Shown here: in pieces, positions 46,660 to 59,391 of the stretch | Layout: the number at the start of each line of letters is the position of its first letter | How positions within the stretch are numbered: position 1 is the first letter of the stretch | Assembly: GCF_018350175.1 (NCBI RefSeq) | Contig: NC_058383.1 | Coordinates: 28,832,001-28,896,000 of the forward strand | Reading direction: 5' to 3' | Source: Felis catus | Taxonomy: Eukaryota | Length of the DNA stretch: 64,000 nt | Notes under the pieces: model-generated | The model's database searches: none | What the model was told of the DNA's origin: nothing | What the model saw: only the letters and a program-made list of their open reading frames with translations | Translations under genes and position numbers: made by a program

Positions 46660-46926
46660 TTTTAAATATTTACTTATTTATTTATTTATTTACAGGGGGA
46701 GAGGGAAGGAGAGGCAGGGAGAGGGAGAGAGAGAGAATGAGAGAGAGAGAGAGCACGCGCGAGTGCGCACACATGCGCAGGGGTGAGGCAGACAGAGAGA
46801 ATCCGAAGCTCCACCCTGACGGCGCGGAGCCCGACATGGGGCTTGGACTCATGAACCATGAGATCATGGCCTGAGCCAAAATCAAAGGTCAGACGTTTAA
46901 CTGACTGAGCCACCCAGACACCCCCC
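46660..46926 (-). mobile_element. Can-SINE
   Basis: (TTTA)n tail, (GA)n linker, reverse head. Confidence 0.88.
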
Positions 46927-47490
46927 AAATAGCTCTTTTCAAAAGTTATTAACACATACTTTGGGGCAAAATGAATTTAACCTTCTTACCCATGCCCAGT
47001 ACTCTCCTGACTGTTCTAGGAAGCTACAAAAGAATTGTAAGGAAAGAATCTTCTGTATTTTCACTTTTTTCCAAAACAAAAAGCCAAAGCCTGAAGATTT
47101 AAAATTCTGGGTTTAGAAGTTGTTTGGGGCTAGTTAGGATCAACTGAGAAAACACAACAGTTAAATATCCCAGAGGATTTTAATAGCAGAGGCTCCAATT
47201 AAGGGGAAGGACACCGCCTAGTGGAGCAAATGCAGAATGGCCCTTTCAGAGCACTTGGCAGAGCTGAGCCGGCTGGTGCTGGCTGGCAGCAGCCAGCAAT
47301 GCCCTCTGTTCTTTCCGGCTCTTTCCACATGTTAAAAAAGAACAAGCTATTTTATGAAGGGCACTGGTAAAGTGAGCTCAAGGAAAAGAAATACTTCGTG
47401 TCTCTCCTCCCTACCCCTCCACCCCAGTTTTTAAGGGGAAATCATGGGCAAGAATAAACTAAGCTGAGCTAATGGTGCCCCAGTACTCAC

Positions 47491-47621
47491 CAATTTAAAG
47501 CTGCAGAGGTAAAACATGAAAAACTGTACATGGCAGGAGGCGTGAGTGGGCAACAGGAGTTTGTCAAAGATGGTTATCAGATCTCGATATAAATCCTTTG
47601 TTTTGTTGTTATCTACCTTAC
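47491..47621 (-). CDS. RRN3: RRN3 coding exon
   Basis: ctctag|(G)KVDNNKTKDLYRDLITIFDKLLLPTHASCHVQFFMFYLCSFKL|gtgagt; phase 1-0. Confidence 0.96.
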
Positions 47622-47859
47622 CTAGAGAGAAAATTTGCCATTTCAGCTTCACACTTTTTTTTAAGCTACCACTTTCATTTCCCAAAATTTTTAAAAATAA
47701 AATACCATTAAGGAACGTCACCCATTAAGCTATGATTATAACAAAATGCCATTTTTATCTTGCACAGATTTTCCTTTTTAACTGTAATAATCCAGCAGTG
47801 ACAATGAAGCAGAACCTCATCTCACACGCTACTGTGATGCCCTAAATATGAAGGCCCCC

Positions 47860-48067
47860 TTTTTTAAAATGTTCTATTTACGTATTTTGAGAGAGAAAGA
47901 GAGCATGTGCAAGCGGGGACAGGGGACAGAAAGGGGAGGAAAGAGGATCCCAAGCAGGTTCCGTACCGTCAGCACAGAGCCCAATGCGGGACTCGAACTT
48001 ATGAACTGTGAGACCAAGACCTGAGCCAAAACCAAGAGTCAGACTGACTGAACCAGGCAGGCGCCCC
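47860..48067 (-). mobile_element. Can-SINE
   Basis: Reverse head caggcgcccc; flanks share atgaag. Confidence 0.88.
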
Positions 48068-48466
48068 AACATGAAGCCCTTCTAAAAGGCAATTTTACTA
48101 TTTATGTGACAGGAGCCCTTTGATCCCCTAATTCTACTGCTAGGAACTTACCCAACAGGTAACTGGACACATATATACAAGAATGTCCATTACACTTTCA
48201 TAATGGCAAAGGGGGGGGGTGGGGGGGCGTGGAATGATACCAGTTAAATCCATACAATCAACAGCAACCTAGAAGAACAGTGAATGGCCTCAGACAATGC
48301 ACAACAGGTGAAAAGGGCAGATTATGAAACAATGCGTATAGCATGACCCCCAAATCCACTGAAAAACACACTCCTGAATACACACAAGTTAACAGAAAAA
48401 AACAAACCAACCATGTTAATAATGGTTCTCTGAATAGGACAGATGCAAACATTTAAGTTTTCTTTT

Positions 48467-48678
48467 TGGGGACATCTAGGTGGGCATCTGACTCTGGATT
48501 TCAACTCAGGTCATGATGTCACAGTTCGTGGGTTTGAGCCCCACATCTCACTCCACGCTGAAGGCACGGAGGCTGCTCGGGATTCTCTCTTTCCCTCTCT
48601 GCCCGTCCCCGACTCGTGTGTGCACGGTCTCGCTCTCAAAATAAACTTTAAAAATAAAAACTTAAAAAAAAAAACAAA
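48467..48678 (+). mobile_element. Can-SINE
   Basis: Diverged head, tcaggtcatgat, A-tail. Confidence 0.85.
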
Positions 48679-49271
48679 ACTAAATTGCCTTTTTAAATCC
48701 TTTCCTTTAATCCTTTCCAAATTTTCTCTCAACTGCATTACCTTTACAACAAAAGATTAAAGAAATAACACAGTCAACTCAGATTCATTCTGGGAATCAT
48801 TCTTGAATCTTCACGTGAATGGAAGAATCCTGTTTTGATGGCAAAGCCTCTAAACGAAAAGTTCTAGAAGAGCAAGAAGCGCACCAACTGGTTCACTACA
48901 GCACCGACACGTGGCCCAACACGGCACAAGGTCTCCAAACTAACGCGCGACACTAAGCAGCACCATGCGCCAACATGGACTACGCCCTTAGGTGTCTTCA
49001 ACAGCTCGAGTGTGACCCGATCTCCACCCAACACTGAGCAGACTCCATACTCTAACCCTTGACTGCGACAGTCACTGAAAGGATCAGCCGGCTTCGAAGA
49101 GAAACACAGCCGAGCCTGAATCCAGTCCCACCACTTTCAGGCTAGGGCACACTGGCAGGTAACTTAATCTCTCTAAACCCTCTTTGCGTCCTCCTCAAAA
49201 CACTAATTTTTACAGGATGTCTATCGCTGCCAGGTTCCACAGGAGCTACTATGACTACTGCACGTCGTTAC

Positions 49272-49410
49272 CGTCTACATGGCAGACGTCCTTAATGTAG
49301 GACAGAAGCAAAGACAGCAGGATGTCCAGGCGCTCGGCTACAGGATGCACCATACGATCGGGCCTTTGTGCGTCAGCCTTTGTTTCACCGCCAGGGTCTT
49401 CGTCCTCATC
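49272..49410 (-). CDS. RRN3: RRN3 coding exon
   Basis: tcaaag|DEDEDPGGETKADAQRPDRMVHPVAERLDILLSLLLSYIKDVCHVD|gtaacg; phase 0-1. Confidence 0.94.
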
Positions 49411-50357
49411 CTTTGAAGACGAAGGAAAAACTGACATTAGAAACTGTAATAAAAACAGTTCTCAGAGAGGATCATTTCCCTTTTTTAAGTTGTATTTATT
49501 TAAGTAATCGCTACATTCAACGTGGGGCTCGAACTCACGACCCCAAAATCAAGAGTCACACACCAGCCAAGAGCCCCAAAAAGGTAAAGCAAAGACATAG
49601 GTCCCCTCTCGGCAGGAGCTCCCCGCCAGAAGTACGACTCAGAACCACTCAAGCAAGGAACTCAAACTAGAAGCAGATTCAGAGTCTGCCTGACTCGCAT
49701 CTCGAAGACCCACCCAAACCAAGGCCGTGCCAACACTGCAGCTTTCCCCGAGCACCTGGAACGCACTGTGCTGGGCACTGCTGGTGCCCAGGGCTCCTCT
49801 CCCAGAACAGGGCACCCCTGCCCCAGCTGCTGTGAGCACTGGTGGCCAACAGCCTCTCCAGAGGACCACCCTCGCACTCTCTCCTGCCCTCCCTGTCCAG
49901 AATGACCGGCTGACAACAGGTCACAGGAGGCCATCTCCCTGCTTTCAAGCTGGAATCAAGTCTATGGTGCCATTCCCGCTCCAGAGTTCCTGCGACCTGG
50001 GGTCATCATGCTATAGCTGGAACTCTCCCTTGTAGTCCCTTCTCCTGCCCTTTGTCCCTAAATTCCACCCTCCCACCCCCGCTCAGGCTCTCCTCCGGTG
50101 AACCCTGCCCCAGGCAGAGAGGTACTGCATTAAGGCACAGACTTATAAAATAAAGAAATCACACTGGGACTTTTCTATTTACCACTCCCTTGAAAACACA
50201 CGTGCTTTGCAAAAACAAAAAAAAAAGCAGAAAGAACAAAAGTTAAGAATAAAAATGAAATATACTTCACCACACCCAAATTCACAGCCATGGAAAGAAA
50301 CGAACTCTCCTGGGCAGTACGCAACATGGTAACAGCTACTCATTCAAGAATCACTGT

Positions 50358-50553
50358 TGGGACGCCTGTGTGGCTCCGTCGGTTAAGCGTCCAACTCTTA
50401 ATCTCGGCTCAGGTCATGATCTCACAGTTCGTGAGATTGAGCCCCCATGTCAGGCTCTGCACTGAGTGTGGAGCCTGCTTTGGATTCTCTCTCTCCCTCT
50501 CTCTGCCCCTCCCCAACTTGCACTCTCTCTCCCTCAAAAAAAAAAAATAAATA
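50358..50553 (+). mobile_element. Can-SINE
   Basis: Head and A-tail; flanks share aagaatca. Confidence 0.88.
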
Positions 50554-50692
50554 AAGAATCATTTTTCAAGTTTGCTGAACTGTGAACTACTGTTTTAACC
50601 TAAAGCCTTGAAGAAGAGGAGGCATTAGCCATTGCCTCCCGCCCCCTGGAATTAAGACCTGCACACACGTGCTTTCGTTAGGAAGCACTGAC

Positions 50693-50785
50693 CATGCTGA
50701 AGAGTCCTTCTGGGGCATCTGTCCCACCGCCAGTCTGAGCAGCTACTTCTTCGGCATCCTCAATATCTTGCCGGGATGCGTTCAC
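50693..50785 (-). CDS. RRN3: RRN3 coding exon
   Basis: cgtag|VNASRQDIEDAEEVAAQTGGGTDAPEGLFSM|gtcagt; phase 0-0. Confidence 0.94.
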
Positions 50786-52220
50786 CTACGTTAAAGCAAA
50801 GGGGTGGAAAAGAATAAAATCATTCAAAGTACCTGGGAAGTGGAAACCCACCTGATTTACACACTTTCAAGGGTCCACCTGAGCACCCTTCCCAGCACTG
50901 TGACTCAATATACAAGTATGGTGCAAACCCATGCACTGGCCTGGGCCCCGAAGTAATTTCCAAGACTACAAATCAAACCCCCTTCACTACATAATTCTAC
51001 AAAATTATTAGGAACTGTTGTGTGGTCTAAATCAACTTCAACAAATTCAACATTCATTCCGACTCTTACTACGCACAATTCACGTACGTGTCGTACATAA
51101 AAGCGTCTCATCAATCAACTGAGCAGGAAAATAAAAAACACGAGTTAAATTTGAATGACTGAATATTCATCTTGGTATATGCCCCTTCAGATACCTAGTT
51201 TAACACACCATTCAAGTCCTGCCTTTTTTTTACTATCATACAGGACCCCCTTTCTAAATGTACTCTAAAATGTTCCGTTAGTACGTACGAGAGGAAGGAA
51301 GACTTTACAGATTACGTATGTGGTTGGCCAGACAGGCAGACCTCCCGGGAAGCAGTGCACCGGCCCACCCACCCTCCGGCCCCTCCCAGACCTGCCCCGT
51401 TGCGGCCTCGTTCTCCCCACAGTACTTCTCTCTCCTCCATCACTCACGGCTCCTCAGCCACAAACCTCCAGTCTCCCCAACCCTAAAGTCTCCCCTCGGC
51501 CCCGCTCATCCGTTCCTCACACCCTCAACCGAGGCCTCCGACAGCCCCACTTGCCAACCATCCACACTTTCCCCTGAAACGCAGCTGCCCCCTCCGGCGA
51601 CACGGCAGCAGACTACCTCCTCATCACCAAATCCAAGGACTTTTGTTTTGCTCATCCTCCTTACTTAAAAATATCAACCACAGCTCACCCTACTGAGTGA
51701 ACCCTGCCTGCTTCCAGATCCTCCCTGGGTATCCGTACCCGGTTTCCCGCCCACTTCCGATCACACTCCCTCTCTCCTGTCCTAAACAGCATCACCGCAC
51801 AGGTTTGCTCTCAGTCCCCTACCTGCAGCCACCACTGCTTGCTGAGTAATCTCCCCCTGGCTCCGCAACCGCACCCCGATCCACCCAAATATGGAACTCT
51901 TCCTCTTCCGACCTCCTCCTGACCATCCTCCTTACCACTAACGGCCACGCCACACTCTATTCCACAGAGAGCTACCTTTCTCTTACCCTCGACTTCCGGT
52001 CCAGTCTCCAGGACCAGTTCTCGCCTTTCCTCCCCGATGCCACTAGAACCCACCACTGTCACTTATTCCCTCTGCACTCCACTGCTGGCCTTTTTAAAAA
52101 AGCGTGTGAAGAATTCAACATCACTTCCTTAGGAATGCCTTCCTGATCCCCTCACTTACATCAGGATCTCCAGCACATAACGATGCATGTATTCCACTTA
52201 CAGCATTTCCCGCAACTACT

Positions 52221-52428
52221 TTTTTGTTTTTTAACGTTTATTTATGAGAGACAGAGACAGAGCACGAGCAGAGGAGGGGCAGAGACAGAGGGAGACACAA
52301 AATCCGAAGCAGGCTCCAGGCTCTGAGCTGTCAGCACAGAACCCGACGTGGGGCTCAAACTCACAAACCTTGAGATCATGACCTGAGCCGAAGTTGGACG
52401 CTTAACCGACTGAGCCACCCAGCTGCCC
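52221..52428 (-). mobile_element. Can-SINE inserted in an L2-like fossil
   Basis: Full reverse SINE; flanking pyrimidine-rich L2-like text around 51400-52210. Confidence 0.88.
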
Positions 52429-52662
52429 CACGACTGTACTTTCACGTGTGCATGACCATCTGATTAATGCCTCGTTCCCCAACCACGAGATGCAACTGTC
52501 TACAACCACCAGCACATCCATCAAGTTGAAGAAACATTCAAAGAAATGAATCAAAGATGGAAATGTGGATTCTTCCCCATTGCTGCTACTATTGCTTCAC
52601 GTACTACTATATATATTTAACAAATGCAAATCAAGGAGAAAAACAGATTACCAGATACTTAC

Positions 52663-52761
52663 GTCCAACTTGAGTAACTTTTCAATCACAAGCTCTAGAA
52701 TTTCATGCCTCAAGGTTGGAAAATATACACTAATCCTTAGCAAGTTATGAACATAACATTC
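52663..52761 (-). CDS. RRN3: RRN3 coding exon
   Basis: ttttag|ECYVHNLLRISVYFPTLRHEILELVIEKLLKLD|gtaagt; phase 0-0. Confidence 0.96.
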
Positions 52762-52845
52762 CTAAAACATAAAAAGACAAAACATTTCAACAGAGAATAA
52801 ATGTTTCATAATTAGGTAAGCAAAACATCAATTACATGATCTTTA

Positions 52846-53071
52846 GTTTCTTTTTTTAAGTTTATTTATTTTGAGAGAGAGACAGAACATAAGCAGGGGA
52901 GGGGCGGGGGGGTGGGGGGGGGAGAGAGAGGGAGAAAGAGAGAGAATCCCAAGCAGGCTCCATGAAATCAGCACAGACTGACATGGGGTTTGAACCCACA
53001 AACCACGAGATCATGACCTGAGCCAAAACCAAGAGCCGGGCATTTTACTAACTGAGCTACCCAGCTACCCC
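52846..53071 (-). mobile_element. Can-SINE
   Basis: Poly-T, G/GA-rich linker, reverse head. Confidence 0.88.
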
Positions 53072-53368
53072 ACAACCTTCAGTTTCAATTAAACAGAAAA
53101 AAAATAGACTATCCAGCAACACAGAAACTATACTGTTTATCTATACAATGTTCAGTATAATTAATCTAATCACCCCCAGTGAATTAAATTTGTGATCTGT
53201 ACACTTCTACAAGTGTTTTCTTTAGAAAAGTTTGAGATAAAATTCATACACAAATCATCCATTTAAAATGTACAATTCAACACTTTTTAGCATATTCACT
53301 TGTGTAACTGTCCCCATAATCAATTTTAGAACATTCTCATCACCCTAAAAAGGAACACTGTATCTTTT

Positions 53369-53564
53369 GTCTAACGTGTATTTATTTGTGAGAAGGAAAA
53401 AGTGAGCAAGCACACGTGCAGGGGGAAGGGCAGAGAGGGAGGGGGACAGAGGATCTGAAGAGCATTCTGTGCTGACAGTAGACAGGGGCTTGAACTTATG
53501 AACCATGAGATCATGACCTGAGCTAAGGTCAGCTGCTTAATTGACTGAGCCACCCAGGCGCCCC
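53369..53564 (-). mobile_element. Can-SINE within L1
   Basis: TSD aacactgtatctttt. Confidence 0.9.
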
Positions 53565-54269
53565 AACACTGTATCTTTTAGTCATGTACCTCCCCCCAGC
53601 CCTAAGTAACCACTAGTCTACTTTCTATGGATTTGCCTATATTCTAGATATTTCACATCAGTAGAATCTTATACTAAGTGGTGTTTTAGCATGCCTTCAA
53701 GGTTCACTCATTTTGTAGCAAGTAAACCACTCCGTTTTAGTGCCAAATAATATTCCACTGTATGGACATAATACAACACTTGTTTATTCATCAGCCCATA
53801 AACATTTGCTTATTTCTGTATTTTGGCTATGATGAATAATGCTGCTTTTGAATATTCACGTAAAGCTGTGTAGACACATGGTATCTTTCCTCTCGGACAG
53901 GCACTTCTCAGCGGAAATGATGGGTCACGTGGCAATGTTTAACCTTTCTAAGCAACTGCCAAGATGGTTTTCCAAAGCAGTTCTACCACCTACTGTCTAC
54001 ACCCGCACCAGCAATGTGGTGAAGGTTCTGACTTCTCCCCATCCTCACCACGACTTGTCACTGAGTATTGCCATCCTAGCGGGTATGAAATGAGATCTCT
54101 TTACTAAAGGTTTTGACTTGTGTTTTCCTGACAGCCAGTGATTCACATGTTCACTGACCATTTGTACGTGGATTCTGGAGAAATATCCATTCAGATCTTT
54201 TGCCCATTTTTAAATTGGGTTATTTGCCTTTTTATTATTGAAATGCTAAGAATTCTTTATATATTCTAT

Positions 54270-54468
54270 TTTAAGTTTATTTATTTTCAGAGAAAGAGCA
54301 AACACCAGTAAGGGAGGGGCAGAGAGAGATGGAAAGAGAGAATCCCAAGCAGACTCTACACAGTCAGTGCAGAACCCCACTCTGGGCTCAAACTCACAAT
54401 TCAAGAAATCATGACCTGAGCCGGAACCAAGAGCCAGACACTTAACCGACTGAGCCCCTCAGGCACCC
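54270..54468 (-). mobile_element. Can-SINE within L1
   Basis: Reverse head caggcacccc. Confidence 0.87.
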
Positions 54469-55080
54469 CAACAGTTCGTCGTATATTCTCGATATACTCC
54501 TTGATACAATACGTGATTTGCAAGCCCGCTGTTTGATTTTCACTTGCTTGAAGGCGTCCAATGAAAGAAACACAAATGTTTAATTTTAATCAAATCCAAC
54601 TTGTCTGGTTTTCTGTGGCTGCTTGCGCTTCAGGCATCCTATCTAGAAACTGTTGCCTGATTTCAGGTCACAAAAATGTTTACCTACGTGTTCTTCTGAG
54701 AGCTACTTTTAGCTTACATTTAGGTCTTTCGTTCATTCTGTTTATGAGGGAGCAGGGGGCTCTGCTCTACCCCATTCTTTGCATGTAGATTTCCACTTGT
54801 CCCACAACCATTTGTGGAAGAGATCATTCTTTTCCCCATTAAACTGCTTTGGACAAATGGCTTGTGTGTGTTGATCTTACATTTTATAACTAGGCTGAAC
54901 TCACTTTAGTTCTAATAGTGCTCATGAGGAATCTTTAGGATTTTTCTAAATGTTAAGATCATGTCATCACAAATAAAGACAGTTTTACTTCTTTCCAATC
55001 TGGATGCCTTTTCCCTTTCTTGCCTAGCTCCCCTTGCTAGAAGAACCTCCAGTCCACGCTGAACAAAAATGGCAAAAACA

Positions 55081-55527
55081 GGGGCTCCTGGGTGGCTCTG
55101 TCGGTTGAGCATGTGATTCTTGATTTCAGCTCAGGTCATGATACCACAGTTGATGGGTTCAAGCCCCGAGTTGGGCTCTGGTGTGGAGCATGCTTGGGAT
55201 ATTATCTCTCTCTCTACCCCACTCCCCTACCTCTCTGTCCCTCCCCCTCTCATGCTCTCACTCTCTCTCAAAATTAAACTTTGAGGCACCTGGGTGGCTC
55301 AGTCAGTCAAATGTCCAACTCTTGGTTTTGGCTCAGGTCATGATCTTACGGTTTCGTGAGCTTGAGCCCCACACGGGGCTCTGTGCTGCCAGCACAGAGA
55401 CTGCTTAGGATTCTCTCTCTCCCTCTCTCTTTCTGCCCCTCCCCCCACCCTCACACTGTCTCTCTCTCTCTCTCTCTCTCTCTCAAAAACAAAAGTAAAT
55501 AAATAAATAAGCAAAATTTTTTTAAAA
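55081..55527 (+). mobile_element. Two tandem Can-SINEs within L1 (55081-55278, 55284-55527)
   Basis: Two heads, two CT linkers; flanks aaaaatggcaaaa / aaaaaggggcaaaa. Confidence 0.88.
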
Positions 55528-55984
55528 AGGGGCAAAAGCAGACATCCTTGTTTTGTTCCTCATCATATGGAAAAGCTTGCAATTGTTCACCATTGAGTGG
55601 GATATTACGTGTGAGTTTTTCATAGGTGCCCTTTCTCAGGCTGAAACAGTCCCCTTCTGTTTTTGTCATGAAAAGGTTTTAGTGTCTGTCAAATGCCTTT
55701 CTGCATCTGGTGAGATGATCATGTGGTCGCTATCATCTGTTCTATTGACATGGTCATTATATTAACTGATCTTAATAAATATTACATAAACCATGAATTC
55801 CTAGGATAAATTTCACGTGGGCATAATGCATACTCCTTTTATGCTGCTAAACACAGTTTTCTACTGTGTTGAGAATTTATCTATATTAGTAAGAGATGCA
55901 AGGTTTATAATATTCCACTTGAAAGTGACTATCACAAGCATTAGCAAAATTTATTAACTCCTTATTTAATACTTAGAAGACTAT

Positions 55985-56166
55985 CTTTGACAGGGAGAGC
56001 ATGTGTGCACGTGCACATGTGAGCAGGGGAGAGAGAAAGAAAATCTCAAGCAGGCTCCATGCTTAGCATGGAGCCCCACTCAGGGCTCGATCTCGACCAC
56101 AAGATCATGACCTGAGCCACAAATGAAAAGTCAGACATTTAACCAACTGAGCCACCCAGGCATACC
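55985..56166 (-). mobile_element. Can-SINE
   Basis: aagatcatgacctgagcc...gccacccagg. Confidence 0.85.
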
Positions 56167-56586
56167 TTATAATACCTCATTTAGAAAACAATAAGCTATG
56201 CTTAGAAGGAAACCACTATTCATTACTGAAAACCACAGATCATCTAAATATTACACAAAAACTTAAAAATTCATCCATAGAAAGTTCTGCCTTTATGTTC
56301 AAATAAGGCATGTTTATAACTGGTAATACATAAACTATTACCTTCTAGTAATTGTTATCTGTATAATCATTAAGCCTATCCAGATATTTCTGAAACACAC
56401 TCTGCCCTTGACTTGCGTCAGGGAAAAAGGCACTGGGGATCCACAGTCAGTTCCTAAGAAAGGAATTTGAGTCAGGTTCTTAGTCTTGCGTTTAATGTAT
56501 AAGACAACTGGTAAGAAAAACACATAACATCACCTAAAAGTAACTTACAACTTTTCCGTTATTTCTCCCATGAAAAGATTTCTTAC

Positions 56587-56656
56587 CAAGGTTCTCTCGG
56601 ATTTTCGAACAAATGGAAATTTTTCCACCAATATTGGCATAAGAAACCACGGTGTC
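56587..56656 (-). CDS. RRN3: RRN3 coding exon
   Basis: ttttag|(S)TPWFLMPILVEKFPFVRKSERTL|gtaaga; phase 2-0. Confidence 0.95.
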
Positions 56657-57480
56657 CTAAAAAAACAAAAGGAAATCAACCAATCCATGTTAACTGGGCT
56701 TTCTTGGAAGGTAACGTTTCCGTTCTAAGAGCAAATATGGAGGCAAAAGGTAAATGGTAATCAACTATCTCAAGTAACTGGAACCTAAATGCATGGCTTC
56801 AGAGAAAACCTATGATAACTTAGGGGAATATAACCTTCCATCAACTTTGGTATCAACAGCAAGTTAAAGGGGGATTCTTAGTTCTACAAAAGCAATAGAG
56901 TTTCAGTTTAAAACTTAAAACGTTTCCCACTGCGTGTCCATGTATTACTTTAAAAACAAGAAAAAATTATCAACTTAGGTAACTTTTAAGTTAGTAAATA
57001 ATAAACTTACAAAGGGAACTTGAAGTCCACTCTCCCAAAAAGAAACCTAAGCTTCTCTTAAAACTGTAATTTTTAAAAAATTAATATGTAATGAACAATA
57101 CTGGAATTGCAATTTTTATTTATATGGCATGACACGGGGATTGCTCACTGAAAATTTTTGGACATAGTATCTGTTGAAGATAAAAGCAGAATTTCAACCA
57201 CCACTATACAAACTTTGGAAGAGAGTCTGCGTACAAGTTTTAAATAATTTAAATAATACTAATTAAGTTACTAATTCTTAAATAATTTAAACAACTAAAG
57301 ACAACGAAGAGAACTATAATGCCATTTTTTTGTAGAATGTGATGTTGACAAAGCCTACAGAAACATGTAGCATACAACCTGAGCTTTGATGCTATGAACA
57401 TAGTAATTTTCTACTAATTGGTTATCATTTTCTTGAGACTTCAAGACCATGATTCAAAAAAAAATTAACAGGATACTCAC

Positions 57481-57544
57481 GATGGGACATATCTTGCTAT
57501 TATTTGCAAGGCTCTGTGACAGGTGTCAAAAGTGGCAGGAAGAT
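57481..57544 (-). CDS. RRN3: RRN3 coding exon
   Basis: ttgtag|(N)LPATFDTCHRALQIIARYVP(S)|gtgagt; phase 1-2. Confidence 0.95.
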
Positions 57545-57606
57545 CTACAAGTAGAAAAGTAAGAGTATGAGCATAACAATAAAACTGAAACCTGAGAAGT
57601 TACAAA

Positions 57607-57806
57607 ATTTTTTTTAAGTTTATGTATTTACTTTGGGGGGGGGGAGGGGACGGGCAGAGGGAGAGGGAGAGATAGAATCCCAAGCAGGCTCCGCACTGTC
57701 AGCGTGGAGCCCGATGTGGGGCTCAGACTCATGAACCATGAGATCATGACCTGAGCCGAAACCCAAGAGTCGGATGCCCAACCGACTGAGCCACCCAGGC
57801 GTCCCC
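57607..57806 (-). mobile_element. Can-SINE
   Basis: Reverse SINE; flanks share aagttaca. Confidence 0.88.
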
Positions 57807-58120
57807 AAAAGTTACATATCTTAAGCTAAAAACACCCGCTAACCAAAACTGAATCATTTACTAACGAAATGTTAACTTGGAAGGTTTTTCTCTAACACCA
57901 ACTATCACTGCAGACTAAGTAGATTAGTTAAATAAGTAATGCACTGAGGGCAGCTGATCAGACGTTCTTGCTGAAGGTCACAAAAAAATTCCATCAGAGG
58001 TTGCCATTTGCTGCTGCCTACCCATTAGAACAGCTCCTGGCCTCACCCAGTGTTTTAACATTGAGCACGCATTCTCTAAGACACAGGCAGGTCCCTTGCT
58101 TTAATCTTCTTTATACTTAC

Positions 58121-58180
58121 TATCATCTTCGTCATCGGAATCCGAAACATCTACGTCACCTTCTTTAATGACCACTCGTG
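58121..58180 (-). CDS. RRN3: RRN3 coding exon
   Basis: acaaag|(P)RVVIKEGDVDVSDSDDEDD|gtaagt; phase 1-1. Confidence 0.95.
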
Positions 58181-58604
58181 CTTTGTGAGGGAAAAACAAA
58201 ATACGTTATTCTTTTTGTCACTGACCTAAACAATCAACAGCTACACAAGAAAGTGATTTTTTCCACTGTGCAAACTTAGTACAATAATTAAATTTACAGC
58301 CAAAAAAAAAGTCAAGTAACTTTACAGTTAAAGCTAAAATTTCTGAGTTCTAAGATTCCATTAGAATCTCATTAAGGTAAATTCCAACCCATAAAACAAA
58401 CAAACAAACAAACAAACAAAAAAACACAGCAACAAATCCAGATGCTTCTACAGACATCATTATAGAGAACAGACATGCACCAAAACTGCTAACATGCAGC
58501 TCAGAATTTTCCATGTTGGCACAATCCCCACAGTGTTCCAAGAAGTATTTTAGTAATAGGGTACTTAAAAAATGAACAATCAAAGAAAGCAAAGAACCAC
58601 TTAC

Positions 58605-58734
58605 GAGGTACAAAATGAGAAACAATCATGCTGAGACAGGGTCTAAGGAAGACAGTCTGTGCTGATACAAGATTACCAAGAAAAGCCAAATACTCCTCCA
58701 CCACCGTCTGACTTCTGTTTAACCACTGCAATCT
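58605..58734 (-). CDS. RRN3: RRN3 coding exon
   Basis: ctgtag|RLQWLNRSQTVVEEYLAFLGNLVSAQTVFLRPCLSMIVSHFVP|gtaagt; phase 0-1. Confidence 0.96.
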
Positions 58735-58845
58735 CTACAGGTGGGAGGAAGAGAAAGATAAAAGAAACATGTTACTAATACAACATATTCTGTTTCCAGA
58801 GTATTGAAATCACATACTAGTCAGTAAAATAAATGGTAAACTTAC

Positions 58846-58935
58846 CAATAAAATATTGATAAGCTGCTCAAAGTCTTTAGTCAAGTACATGATGGAAGAA
58901 CGGAATTCTAACAGCCAGTTAATGATTTGGTCATC
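58846..58935 (-). CDS. RRN3: RRN3 (RNA polymerase I initiation factor TIF-IA) most 5' exon in window; earlier exons lie beyond 64000
   Basis: cttaag|DDQIINWLLEFRSSIMYLTKDFEQLINILL|gtaagt; phase 0-0. Confidence 0.95.
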
Positions 58936-59135
58936 CTTAAGGCAAACAAAGAAAAGCGCTTTCAAAATCACAAATCCTCTAAAATAACTGGAGGTAATAC
59001 CTACCTTGCACCAGACATCTACAAATAGTATTTAAATTAGGAGAAAAAAGTCACAAACTTGCACTAAAGCCAAAACTGGAATGAAAATGTCTTAATTTGT
59101 ATCCAAACAAAAGAACGTTACATTTTCTGATTTTA

Positions 59136-59364
59136 TTTATTTTTTTTTTAATTTTTTTTTCAACGTTTATTTATTTTTGGGACAGAGAGAGACAGAGCAT
59201 GAACGGGGGAGGGGCAGAGAGAGAGGGAGACACAGAATCGGAAACAGGCTCCAGGCCCTGAGCCATCAGCCCAGAGCCTGACGCGGGGCTCGAACTCACG
59301 GACCGCGAGATCGTGACCTGGCTGAAGTCGGACGCTTAACCGACTGCGCCACCCAGGCGCCCCT
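59136..59364 (-). mobile_element. Young feline SINEC_Fc
   Basis: Near-consensus; perfect TSD cattttctgatttta. Confidence 0.95.
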
Positions 59365-59391
59365 CATTTTCTGATTTTAAAAAGTAACACA

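Larger units (their letters stand above)
53225..55900 (-). mobile_element. LINE-1 3' portion interrupted by four SINEs
   Basis: L1 antisense text (catttaaaatgtacaattca, ccattcagatcttttgcccatttttaaattgggtt, gacatccttgttttgttcct, tcaaatgccttttctgcatct). Confidence 0.85.
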
